A stretch of 64,000 nucleotides of DNA from a bacterium. GTDB lineage: Bacteria; UBA8248; JACPRG01; G963555815. This document shows, piece by piece, positions 18,696-28,536 of this stretch (the stretch's first letter is position 1; every line of letters begins with the position of its first letter). The position numbers and the translations under genes are program-made. The stretch covers positions 3,488,001 through 3,552,000 of the forward strand of contig OZ244653.1 of the NCBI GenBank assembly GCA_965218795.1, given 5' to 3'. Below the pieces are notes generated by a model. The model saw nothing but the letters and a program-made list of their open reading frames with translations. It was not told the DNA's origin and did no database searches.

Positions 18696-18861
18696 AGCTT
18701 TAAAAGTCTTCTTTTTGTGCCTATTCCAATTTTGGACTTGTCGGACCGTTGCTTCATCATCTGTTTTCGCTTCAAGGTCTTCCCGAGCAACCCAATGAAC
18801 CGACGATAAGAGCTCCAGCCCATAAGGGGTTTCAAATCCTCGATGAGCCGATTCACCTTCG

Positions 18862-19782
18862 TCAAGCCTTCGGGCCGTGGGGATCGAAGGCGTCGCGGAG
18901 GCCGTCGCCGAGGAAGTTGAAGGCCAATACGGTCAGAAGGATGAAGCAGCCGGGGTAGATGGCCAGCCAGGGAGCCGAGCGGAGGTACTCTTGGGCGTTG
19001 TTCAGCATGTTCCCCCACGAAGGCGTGGGCGGGACAATCCCGAGTCCCAAGAAGCTCAGGACGGATTCATACAGGATGATGTTTCCCACCGAGAGCGTCG
19101 CGGTCACGATAATCGGCGCCACGCAGTTCGGCAGGATGTGCAGGATGAGGATTCGGGCTTCTCCCGCCCCCATCGCCCGACAGGCCTCGACGAACTCCGA
19201 CTGCTTTTGCCGAAGGACCGAGGCCCTCACCAGCCGCGCCATGATCATCCAGTTGAAAAACACGATGATGACGATGAGGCGCAGCACGGCCAGATAGTCC
19301 CCCGGCGGCAGCGGCAGGAGCTTATCCAGCTCAACGGCCGAGAGGATGATCATCAGCGGCAGGATGGGAAGGGAAAGCAGCGAGTCGGTAAAGCGCATCA
19401 GGAGGTTGTCGATCCATCCGCCGCGGTAGCCCGCCACCGCGCCGATGGCGATGCCGATGATGGCCGACGCCAGCGCGGCGATGATCCCGAACGCCAGGGA
19501 AACGCGCCCGCCGTACACGATGCGGGTGAAGACGTCCCGTCCCAGTTCGTCCGCGCCGAACCAGTGCGTGAGCGATGGCGATGCGTACAGCCTGGTCAGG
19601 TCCGTGCCGCCCGGGACGAACCCTGTGACGTAATGGGAGATTAGGGGGGCGCAAAGGGCCAGCAGCGTCAGGACGCCCAGCACGCTTGCGCTGATCAGCG
19701 CAAGCCGGTGGGCGGCGAAATCCCGCAAGACCGGCCGCCACGTCGATGCTCTGTCTGCAAGCCCTGAAATTTCTACAGCCAT
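18862..19782 (-). CDS. Peptide/nickel ABC transporter permease (DppC/OppC-like)
   Basis: HWFGADELGRDVFTRIVYGGRVSL, EFVEACRAMGA (EAA loop), LSFLGLG...PSWG, FNFLGDGLRDAFDP. Confidence 0.95.
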   Translation of the reverse strand: MAVEISGLADRASTWRPVLRDFAAHRLALISASVLGVLTLLALCAPLISHYVTGFVPGGTDLTRLYASPSLTHWFGADELGRDVFTRIVYGGRVSLAFGIIAALASAIIGIAIGAVAGYRGGWIDNLLMRFTDSLLSLPILPLMIILSAVELDKLLPLPPGDYLAVLRLIVIIVFFNWMIMARLVRASVLRQKQSEFVEACRAMGAGEARILILHILPNCVAPIIVTATLSVGNIILYESVLSFLGLGIVPPTPSWGNMLNNAQEYLRSAPWLAIYPGCFILLTVLAFNFLGDGLRDAFDPHGPKA

Positions 19783-19915
19783 TGTTTACTCAGCCCGTCA
19801 ATTGGAGAGGCCTCATCTCTCGCGGCCCTGAGGAACGCGGTGTATTACCGCAGAGAATGGTTTTTGTCCCGCGTTGGAAAATGTAAATCATGATGATTCC
19901 CGCCCGTCGCGGGCA

Positions 19916-20102
19916 GGCCGAGTTGTACTCGGCCGCAAAAAGTTTTTCGGGGGGTCCATAAGGGGGGGGGCACAGTGTCGGCTTTCTGCACCGCATGCCT
20001 CCTCATTCGGGCGCCGGATGGGCGTGCGTCGAAAATGGTTGAGAGTAATGGAAGCCTTCAACCGCGAATTGGCCGGCACGCCAGTGCCCTAAAAAGCCCC
20101 CT
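19916..20102 (+). repeat. Hairpin-linker element plus core; inverted copy of 17165..17335
   Basis: GGCCGAGTTGTACTCGGCC + GCAAAAAGTTTTTCGGGGGG. GGCCGGCACGCCAGTGCCC at ~20071 is the reverse complement of 17183..17201. Confidence 0.8.
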
Positions 20103-20132
20103 TTGGCCCAGCCATCCCTTGATTTCGTCATT

Positions 20133-21095
20133 CTACGCAAGCGATTCCCGCCGTAGCCTCGGGTCGACCAGGCCGTAGGCGAAGTCGGCAATCATGTTGA
20201 AGATGAGCGTCAACGCCGCCAGGCACATGAACGCGATCATCGCTACGTAATAGTCCGAGCCGATTACCGAGTCGTACATCAGCCGCCCCATCCCCGGCCA
20301 GGCGAAGATGGTCTCCGTGATGACCGCCCCGCTGAACAGCTCCGGCACCGACAGAGCCAGGATTGTAATCATCGGCATGGAGGCGTTCTTCAGGGCGTGC
20401 CGTCCGATGATGACCCGTTCGGTCAGCCCCTTGGCTCTCGCCGTGCGGATATAATCCGCCTTCAGTACGTCGAACATGCTGTTCCGCATATAGCGTACCC
20501 ACCGCCCGACGGTCTGAATGCTCAGGACGAAGGCGGGCAGCGTCAGGTGCCAGAGCCGGTCCGAGAAGGAGTTCTGCCCGTACGTTCGGATGCCTCCCGG
20601 CGGAAACCACCCCAGCATCTCCGCGAACAGGATGATCGCCAGAAGCCCGAGCCAAAAGGCGGGGATCGAGATACCCGTAAAGGCGCCCATGTTGACGATG
20701 TAATCGAACGCCGAGTACTGCCGCACGGCGGACCAGATTCCGAGAGGGATCGCCACGATGATACTGATGAGGAATGCCGCGCCCATGAGCCAGAAGGTGT
20801 TCCCGATGCGGCTCGCCAGGATTTCCTCGGTGGGCCGCTTATACGTCCGCGAAAAGCCGAGATCCCCCGAGAGGACCTGCCTCACCCATTTGATGTACCG
20901 GACGTAGATGGGCTGATCGAGGCCGTAGAGCTTTCGGAGGTGGGCGATGTCTTCGGCCGTGATGTTCGGTCTGGAGGTGATCAACAGATCGACCGGGTCC
21001 CCCGGCATGAGGCCGAGCATGTAGTACAGGACGACCGAGAGGATCGCCAGAACCCCGAGCATGTGCAGGAGTCGCTTGAAAAGCTTGTTGCCCAT
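20133..21095 (-). CDS. Peptide/nickel ABC transporter permease (DppB/OppB-like)
   Basis: MPGDP, YGLDQP, GDLGFS, DYIRTARAKGL and ETIFAWPGMG. Confidence 0.95.
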   Translation of the reverse strand: MGNKLFKRLLHMLGVLAILSVVLYYMLGLMPGDPVDLLITSRPNITAEDIAHLRKLYGLDQPIYVRYIKWVRQVLSGDLGFSRTYKRPTEEILASRIGNTFWLMGAAFLISIIVAIPLGIWSAVRQYSAFDYIVNMGAFTGISIPAFWLGLLAIILFAEMLGWFPPGGIRTYGQNSFSDRLWHLTLPAFVLSIQTVGRWVRYMRNSMFDVLKADYIRTARAKGLTERVIIGRHALKNASMPMITILALSVPELFSGAVITETIFAWPGMGRLMYDSVIGSDYYVAMIAFMCLAALTLIFNMIADFAYGLVDPRLRRESLA

Positions 21096-21491
21096 GAAGC
21101 CCCGATTCGATGAATGAAAAGAGCGGCTTGCAAAATGCAGCTATCGTAGCAGACTCTATGCCGTTTCATCCAAGCCGGGCCAGAGGGGATGGGGAGCGGC
21201 GGGATTCAACCATAGAGGGTTAATCGTCAAATCGATTGAGAGCGGCGGATTGCCGGGATCATCTCTTGATTGGGAGAGAAACAACTCACGTCAGAAGCAG
21301 GAACGAGATTGTCCTTTGGGCGGGCAGCGTTCCTCCAGCCGCGTCTCGAAATACAAGCAGCCGTTTTCGTGACAAAAGAGACATTTTGCGCAAACCGTTA
21401 AAGAGCCAGCAGGGGAAGCGAAAACTTATCGGAATCCTGATTTCTAAGGCGGCGCTGAATGAAGAGAAACGCTCTGGGCAGGCTTTGGAGA

Positions 21492-23192
21492 TCAACTTCC
21501 GCCGGCGAAACGCCACTTCTCCGCGTTCCAGGTGATGGGCGTGTTGGTCCCGGTGGGTTTCCAGTTGAGGAACCTTGGGGTGGTCACGGAGACCTCAACG
21601 TGGAAGTAGAGAGGAATGGCGGGGAGCTCTTCGGTCCAGATTTCCTGCTCCTTTTGAAACAGCTTGAACCGTTTCATCTTGTCGATGGTCGCGGGAATCA
21701 AATGATTGAGGCGGGAGATTTCCTCGTGGACGAAGCCCGAAGTGTTCTGCCCCTGCCAGTTGTTTTTTTCGGAGGGTATGTTCTTGATGGTCCAGACGTT
21801 CTCGCCGTCCGAGGAAGGGTTGAGAACCCATGAGTACATGGCCAGATGGGGAAATTTTCGGTAGCGGACCGTGTCCGAGAAGAACACCTTGGCGGGTTGG
21901 TTCCGGAGGGTCACCTCGATGCCGGCCTTCCGCCAGTCGGACCGGATGATCTGCTGGACCTTCTCGCGCAGCTTGTCGCCCGAGGTCGTCATCAGCACCA
22001 GGCGCAGCTCTTTGCCGTCGGAGTCTCTGCAGATGCCGTTCGGCCCGGGCTCCCATCCGGCTTCCTTCAATAATTTTCTGGCGCGCTCCAGGTCATAGGC
22101 GTATTTCTTCGCATCGGGGTTGTACCCGTAGTGTTTCGCCGGCAGCCAGGTATGGGCCATCTCCTGCTTGCCTTCAAAGAGGGCTTTCACGATCCCCTCT
22201 CGGTTCGTGGCGTAGAGCAAGGCCTGCCGAACCCGCTTGTCGTTCAGGAGGGGGGATTGGGTGTTGACGTCCATGTGTTCCCAGTACATGCCCGGCGTGA
22301 AGTAAATTTTGAATTTCTTGCCGCGGCGCTTTTGGATGTCGAGGCCCTGGTCCAGCGAGAACCCGATCGGCGAGATGGCGTGAATGGCGTTGGAGGCGAG
22401 ATTGGCCTCGAGCGTGCCCGTGTTGGGGATGATCTTGTAAATGACCCGCTCGAAGTGGGGCGGGTCTCCCGGGTAATGGGGATTTCTCTCCAGGACCAGA
22501 TGGTTGCCCGGCTCCCAGTCTTTGAGGCGATAGGGACCGTTGGCAATCGGTTTTGTGTTGAAGAAACTCCCCCTGTACTTCTTCGGGCCCTGTTTCAGGA
22601 TGGGTGCGAGGACGTGTTTCGGCAGGGGATAATGGACGTCTTCATTCGCGCGATAAAAGCGTTCCTTCCAGTACACGACCAGGGTGTAAGGGTCCGGCGC
22701 TTCCATCCGCTCGATCCGGCGGTCGATGTCTCTTGTGATCACCGGCATGCCCTTGGTCATAATGGCTTTGTGGGCGAAGATGAAATCCTCGGCGGTGACA
22801 GGGACGCCGTCTTCCCACTTGAAACCCTTTTTGAGTTTCCACGTCGTTTTCATTCTGCCCTCGGGCAGCAGCTCAATACCGCCGTTTTCGAAGGTGGGGA
22901 TTTCTTCGGCCATCACGGGGCGGAGCTTGAGCGAGTCGTCCCGCATCAGAAGCGAACGGAAGATGGCCCCTCGGATCTCGATGCCCGCCAGCATCTCGCC
23001 GAACATCGGATCCAGGCTGTCCGGCTCCTGGGCGATTCCGACGATGACTTCTTTTTCGGCTTCAGACCCCGGATTGCCCGGCTCATCGCCCCCGCACCCG
23101 GCTGTGAATCCGATAATCAGGACGGTTAAGCAGTGGAAAAGTTTGCGCAACGTTGCCCTCCCGGTGCCTGGGGAATTCGAGATGCGTACCAC
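21492..23192 (-). CDS. Family-5 ABC substrate-binding lipoprotein, copy 1
   Basis: TAGC lipobox, QEPDSLDP, KWEDGVPVTAEDFIF, NGPYRL, DKRVRQAL and ELPAIPLY. Confidence 0.93.
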   Translation of the reverse strand: MVRISNSPGTGRATLRKLFHCLTVLIIGFTAGCGGDEPGNPGSEAEKEVIVGIAQEPDSLDPMFGEMLAGIEIRGAIFRSLLMRDDSLKLRPVMAEEIPTFENGGIELLPEGRMKTTWKLKKGFKWEDGVPVTAEDFIFAHKAIMTKGMPVITRDIDRRIERMEAPDPYTLVVYWKERFYRANEDVHYPLPKHVLAPILKQGPKKYRGSFFNTKPIANGPYRLKDWEPGNHLVLERNPHYPGDPPHFERVIYKIIPNTGTLEANLASNAIHAISPIGFSLDQGLDIQKRRGKKFKIYFTPGMYWEHMDVNTQSPLLNDKRVRQALLYATNREGIVKALFEGKQEMAHTWLPAKHYGYNPDAKKYAYDLERARKLLKEAGWEPGPNGICRDSDGKELRLVLMTTSGDKLREKVQQIIRSDWRKAGIEVTLRNQPAKVFFSDTVRYRKFPHLAMYSWVLNPSSDGENVWTIKNIPSEKNNWQGQNTSGFVHEEISRLNHLIPATIDKMKRFKLFQKEQEIWTEELPAIPLYFHVEVSVTTPRFLNWKPTGTNTPITWNAEKWRFAGGS

Positions 23193-23244
23193 AGATATGG
23201 AGGCGTTCTCGATGTGCCCGCTTCAAAAATTCCGACGGAACCCG

Positions 23245-24898
23245 CTATTTTGAGAACCCCCAGGTTTCAACGTTCCAGGTGACCGGCGTATCCGTTCCCG
23301 TCGGCTTCCAGTTGAGAAATTTCGGGTGCGTGGCCGAAACGTCCACGCGAAAGTAGAGGGGAAGGCAGGGAAGCTCCTCCGTCCAAATTTCCTGCTCGCG
23401 ATGGAACAGCCGGATCCGCTCTTTCCTGTCGATGACCGTCGGGATCAGCTTATCGATCCGGTCCATCTTCTCGTTCGAGAATCCGGGGTTGTTCTGCCCT
23501 TGCCAGTTGTTTTCCTTTGAGGGGATGTTGCCTTTCGTCCAGTAGGATTCCCCATCGGTCGAAGGATTGAACAGCCAGGCGTACATGGCCAGATGGAGAA
23601 ATTTCCGGTAACGGACCGTTTCACCGAAGTACACCTTTGCCGGCTGGTTCCGGAGCGTCACCTCAACCCCTGCGTCTTTCCAGTTTGACCGGATGATCTG
23701 CTGGATCTTCTCGCGGACCTTGTCGCCCGAAGTCGTCATGAGGATGAGGCGCATCTCGAGCCCGTCCGGGTTCCGCCGGATTCCGTCCGGGGAAAGCTTC
23801 CAGCCCGCCTCGTCCAAAAGTTCCCGCGCCCGCCCGGGGTCGTAAGGATACTTTCTGACGTTGGGGTTGTAACCCTCATGCTGAGGCGGCAGCCAGGAAT
23901 GAGCGACCTGCTGTTTGCCCGCAAACAGGGCCTTCACGATCCCTTCGCGGTTCGTGGCGTACGTGAGCGCCTGCCGCACGCGTTTGTCCTTGAGCAGTGG
24001 GGAGTCGTGGTTGAAGTCGATATGTTCCCAGATCATGCCGGGGGTGAAGAATGTTTTGAACTGGTCCCCCCTCCGTTTTTGGAGATCGATGGCCTGGTCA
24101 AAGGAAAACCCGACGGGAGAAATCGCCTGGAGCTCTCCGGAGGCAAGGTTGACCTCCATGGCGCCGGTGTTGGGAATAATCTTGTAGATCAATCGATGAA
24201 ACTTCCCCGGCTTTCCGGGATAGTGCGGGTTTCGTTCCAGGGTGAGGTGATTTCCGGGCTCCCAGGCCGTGAGGCGGTACGGGCCGTTGCCGACGGGCCG
24301 GGTGTTGAAAAAAACTCTCCCGGTAAGCCTTGGGTCCCTGCTTCAAAACCGGTTCCAAAACGTGCTTGGGGAGCGGAAAGTGGACGTTGTCGTTGGCCCT
24401 GGCGAAGTGTTGTTTCCATGTGACCACGAGGGTATACGGGTTCGGGGCTTCCATCTTCCCGATCCGGCGATCCACATCGCGTGTAATGACGGGTATATCC
24501 TTTGACATGATGACCCGGTGGGCGAAGATGAAGTCTTCCGCCGTCACCGGCATGCCATCGTCCCACATGTAGCCTTTGCGGATTCTCCATGTGGTCCGCA
24601 TTCGCCCGTCGGGAAGGAGTTCTACGCCCCCGTTCTCGATCGTAGGGATCTCCTCGGCCAAAACAGGGCGGAGATTCAGCGTGTGGTCCCTCATGGCGAG
24701 TGTCCGGAAGATGGCCCCGCGAATTTCCGTGCCGACCATCATCTCGCCAAAGAGCGGATCCAGGCTGTCGGGTTCCTGGGCGATGCCGATGACGGCCTTT
24801 TTGTTCCTGGGAGGCGTCGGTTGAGCCGGGTCGTCGCTCCCGCAGCCGGACGTCAGCCCAAGAAAAAGGAGGCAGAGGGGAAAAATGAGTCTATGCAT
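23245..24898 (-). CDS. Family-5 ABC substrate-binding lipoprotein, copy 2, one frameshift in a T7 run at ~24308-24314
   Basis: ORFs 24098..24913 and 23245..24192 are the N- and C-halves of a close paralog of copy 1. Removing one T restores ESFFNTRPVGNGPYRL. Confidence 0.88.
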
Positions 24899-25037
24899 GA
24901 AGGATACTCGCACTGATGAAAGATCCGGGCATTCGTAGTATGTAGTATAGAGTACCGGGTGCGGTCGTTTCCCGGCGTCAGCCGGAAACTCCGGCCGCGG
25001 CTGCCCAACTTTGACCCGTTGCGGACAAGGTCTTCAT

Positions 25038-25757
25038 ATGGCGGACCCTGAAAAAACGGCCAAGAAGAGGCGGGCTCGCGTCATCCTGAAGCGTCTGGCC
25101 GCAGCCTATCCCGATGCACGATGCGGGCTTGAATTCAAAGACCCGTTTCAGTTGTTGATCGCCTCCATTCTCTCAGCCCAATGCACGGATGAGCGGGTCA
25201 ATATGACCACACCGGGTCTGTTCGACAAATACCCGACACCGGCTCACTTCGCCCGCGCCGACCGGCGGGCCATGGAACGGAAGGTTCATTCGTGCGGTTT
25301 CTATCGGAACAAGGCCAAAAATATCATTGCCACCTGCAAGATTCTTTGTGCCGATTACAGCGGAGAGGTGCCTTGCGACTTTGAAGATCTCCTGCGGCTT
25401 CCCGGAGTTGGGCGGAAAATAGCCAACATCATTCGGAATGATGCATTCGGTGTTCCATCCATTGCCGTTGACACCCATGTATTCCGGCTGTCGCATCGAT
25501 TCCACCTTGCCGATGCAAAGGATCCCGATCGCACGGAATTTCAGCTGTGCGAGGTCATTCCGAAGGATCTGGTGCTCGGATTCAACCACCTGCTGACCTT
25601 CCATGGCCGCCGGGTTTGCGAAGCGCGGCGGCCCCGTTGCGGAGAATGTCCCGTCCGGAAATTATGTCCCTGGGAGGACAAGGAGCGGTTCATCCAGCCG
25701 GCCTCTAGGGGAAGTTTCAAAATGAAAGACTTGGGGGATATGACCCCGTCGGGATGA
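25038..25757 (+). CDS. nth: Endonuclease III
   Basis: LSAQCTDERVN, LPGVGRKIAN HhH, AVDTH, and C-x6-C-x2-C-x5-C Fe-S loop. Confidence 0.96.
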   Translation: MADPEKTAKKRRARVILKRLAAAYPDARCGLEFKDPFQLLIASILSAQCTDERVNMTTPGLFDKYPTPAHFARADRRAMERKVHSCGFYRNKAKNIIATCKILCADYSGEVPCDFEDLLRLPGVGRKIANIIRNDAFGVPSIAVDTHVFRLSHRFHLADAKDPDRTEFQLCEVIPKDLVLGFNHLLTFHGRRVCEARRPRCGECPVRKLCPWEDKERFIQPASRGSFKMKDLGDMTPSG

Positions 25758-25938
25758 GCAACCGTCCAGGGTGTGGGCCCTCAGGACATTCCAGTCGCGA
25801 AGACCACCGAATCATCATGGTCCTTTTTTGACCCGGAACATCGCATTGACCGTTCTGGGAGGGTTCAGGAGAGACCCCTTCAATGGCACGTCGGGGGCAA
25901 TGGAACGGTCTGTTCAAGGTGGAGAGCGACGGCCCGGG

Positions 25939-26823
25939 TTATGGAGTCGCAGTGGGCGAAGGCTCGGGAGACCCTTCCCGCAGTTGCTCGGCGATGCCGG
26001 GAAAGGTGTCCATGACCCGTTCCATTCCAATTTGCGCCAAGGTGTCGTTCGACTGCCAGACGCCTCCGCCTTTGATGAACCGGGGTAACAGGAGGAGGTT
26101 TTCGTTCAGGAATTTCTGCGTTTCATCGAACCTGGCACTCCAAAGAACCCTTCCGTCGCGGACACTGATGAGGTAGATGTCAAAGGATATCGATGAAGGT
26201 TTCTCCGCGGCCAGGGGGTTTCCATCTCGATCGATGTAGCGTGTGATGACCCCGGTCACCACCGCGTCCAGGGCTTCGGGCTCTTCACCCGGCTTCACGT
26301 CGGGCGATCGGAGCTCTCCGGTGATCGGGCTGTCCCCGTCTTCCGGATCTCTCTCCGGCGCCTCGGTCTGGAAAAGGAGGCTCTCTTTGGTGGTGTAAGG
26401 GGCGACCTGCCTCAGGTAATTCGAGACCGCCCGGCCGAGCAGCCGGAGATTTTCCTCCCGATTGACGGTTCCCGACCTGCGGCTTGGGTCAACCCGGAAT
26501 TCGAGATCGATCTCTTCTGTCCTTTCCAGGCGGACAGGGGGCGTCACGGAATAGGTTTTTCGGGTGAGGATCTCTTGGTAAAAAAAGGCGGCCACCTTAT
26601 GCCCCGCTTCCGGGGCATAGGTATTGTTTCGGAAAGGCATGACGGCGATGTGGCGCAGGTTGTATTGCTTGATGTCGGGCCGCACGCTGGATGCAACGTT
26701 CGTCGGAGACATCCGTCCCAGGGCCATGTTGGAACACCCGACGAGCAGCAGGCCCATGACCACCATTCCAAGGGAATGGACAAGCCTCACAGCCCGCTCA
26801 TGCTTTTTCCGGCGTTCATTCAT
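25939..26823 (-). CDS. Putative lipoprotein (CsgG/GNA1162-like fold)
   Basis: LLVGC lipobox, IAVMPFRN, DAVVTGVITRY...LISVRDGRVLWSA; start uncertain. Confidence 0.7.
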   Translation of the reverse strand: MNERRKKHERAVRLVHSLGMVVMGLLLVGCSNMALGRMSPTNVASSVRPDIKQYNLRHIAVMPFRNNTYAPEAGHKVAAFFYQEILTRKTYSVTPPVRLERTEEIDLEFRVDPSRRSGTVNREENLRLLGRAVSNYLRQVAPYTTKESLLFQTEAPERDPEDGDSPITGELRSPDVKPGEEPEALDAVVTGVITRYIDRDGNPLAAEKPSSISFDIYLISVRDGRVLWSARFDETQKFLNENLLLLPRFIKGGGVWQSNDTLAQIGMERVMDTFPGIAEQLREGSPEPSPTATP

Positions 26824-26892
26824 TTTGAATCGCTCTAACCCAATTTGAACTGGAAATTTCATCCGAAGTTTACACGTTAATGCAAGGGAATT

Positions 26893-27068
26893 ATATACGA
26901 TCTTACCCGCGCGCGCCCTTGGCCTGGTCGTTGGGGCGTGGGTTCACGTGTTGGCGGTCTCGCTTTTATGAGATAGCCCCCAATCTTTTTCGGTGGCCCT
27001 TGCGTAATTGGCCGCGCGATGTTCTCCGGCGTATCGGGAGAATGGGCTCGGGCGGTAAGCTCGTATAT
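26893..27068. other. Candidate structured RNA or IR-bounded element
   Basis: 26893..26918 pairs with 27044..27068 (about 22 bp) and encloses several hairpins. No family recognised. Confidence 0.5.
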
Positions 27069-27281
27069 CATTATCTAATTTAACGATTTATGCTGAACCC
27101 GGCAAGGTTCATTTTCTTCCGGGCTGAAGATTTCCCGAACGGATACGGCCCACTGCCGGAATGATGCAGGGTGGGCAATGGATTCAATGAAACTGGGATA
27201 TAGCGGGTGAGGGAGGAAAGATATTTAAGATGGAAGAAGGCAAGATGAATGGAGCCGCAGGAGAGCGAAAGGTTGACGATT

Positions 27282-27551
27282 CTATTCGATGAATCCTTCA
27301 GCCTGACCGAACGCTGTTGTCGTCTCGTCGTCTCGCTCGATGGCCGCTCCCTTTTCATCCTCCCGGGTGCGCAACTGCATCTGCTTGACGTGCTCGTGAG
27401 ATTCCCTGATCAGGTCGAGTCGCTCCAGGTGGACTTCGCAGTATCCGTCGGTAACCGGCGGATTTTGGCAGTGAATCACGGAGCAGACGTTTTCCTCTTT
27501 CCCCGCCTGTTTCTCGTTTCTTTCCGCCTTTACGGGTCCGAGTTTTTCTAT
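27282..27551 (-). CDS. Small protein with C-x4-C-x9-C-x2-H motif; start unclear
   Basis: CSVIHCQNPPVTDGYCEVH followed by a charged tail, directly after the carD stop. Confidence 0.5.
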   Translation of the reverse strand: MEKLGPVKAERNEKQAGKEENVCSVIHCQNPPVTDGYCEVHLERLDLIRESHEHVKQMQLRTREDEKGAAIERDDETTTAFGQAEGFIE

Positions 27552-28096
27552 TCCTTGCGGGGAAGCTTGATCCCCAGCGCTTTGTTGACGAGCTTTTCTG
27601 CGTCCTCGAGACTGCACTTTTTCGCCTCTGAAATTTCCCGTGTCAACTGATCCAATGCGTATTGGTAGAGATGCTTGAGCTCTTTGCTGCTGAAGGTGCG
27701 GCCCTTGGAAAACTCGTGGAGATTGCGAACAACTTTCGCCAGACCTCTCACACCTTCTTCGCGAAGCATTCGCTTCTGTTCTTCGTACCGGTTTTTCCAA
27801 GTGCGCCAGTTGAGTTCAACTTTCTCTTCGCTCGCCTTTTTCCTCAAAATAGTCAGTATTTTAGGAACGTCTCCCTCCCGCATCGGCGCGCGCAGCCCAA
27901 ACTGCCGAGCTGCATCGCGCGGCACGAAGACGCTGGCATCGGGCTGCCCATCGAGCTGAATCTCATAAAAGCGTCTCGTCCCGCTGGGAAGCTCCTTATC
28001 CACCAAATCGACGATCTTCCCCTTGCCATGAAGGGGATAGACAATTCTCATCCCTTTGCGGAGCGGACGTTTTGCTTCTTTCGTTTTGGTTGCCAT
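27548..28096 (-). CDS. CarD/CdnL-family RNA polymerase-binding regulator
   Basis: IVYPLHGKGKI, VFVP...GLR, NWRTWKNRY (conserved Trp), LAKVVRNL and QLTREIS. Confidence 0.88.
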   Translation of the reverse strand: MATKTKEAKRPLRKGMRIVYPLHGKGKIVDLVDKELPSGTRRFYEIQLDGQPDASVFVPRDAARQFGLRAPMREGDVPKILTILRKKASEEKVELNWRTWKNRYEEQKRMLREEGVRGLAKVVRNLHEFSKGRTFSSKELKHLYQYALDQLTREISEAKKCSLEDAEKLVNKALGIKLPRKE

Positions 28097-28536
28097 CGAA
28101 TCACCCTGCGGCACGTGGAATAATGTAGCAAACCGCTATGTTGGGCTCATGTTTTCCGCAACAGAGCCTAACCGTGAAAGCTCTCTCCAAATGGAGTTGA
28201 TCTATGAGGGTAATACAAAAATGACCCAAAGTCAAGACTCACGGACGGGCTGGGAGACTGATGACCGATTACTTTTGTCTTTATATCGAATTTCTTATCG
28301 CCTTCTGGAACGATCTGGATTTTAGTCTCAAAATACACGGAATTGTTACGAAATAAACGTAAGAACTCGAAATCGCCGCCAAAGACTCCTATCAATTCCA
28401 AATCAATCTGGAAATTTGGAATACATGACGAATGAGGAAGAATTTCGCTCGTTCCCATCAGAATTTGTGAATATAATGGGAGTTATCTTGAAGGCGGTCG
28501 AAATTCTTCGATCTTTTTGCCCTTGAGGGACACGAT

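Noticed and set aside
21100-21490. Gene or RNA between the permease and SBP genes
   Set aside because: Only short GAGCGGC repeats and motif-less ORFs; nothing supportable.
26893-27068. Confident 6S RNA, tmRNA or RNase P call
   Set aside because: It lacks a symmetric central bubble, tRNA-like ends or GAGGAAAGTCC; kept only as an unassigned candidate.
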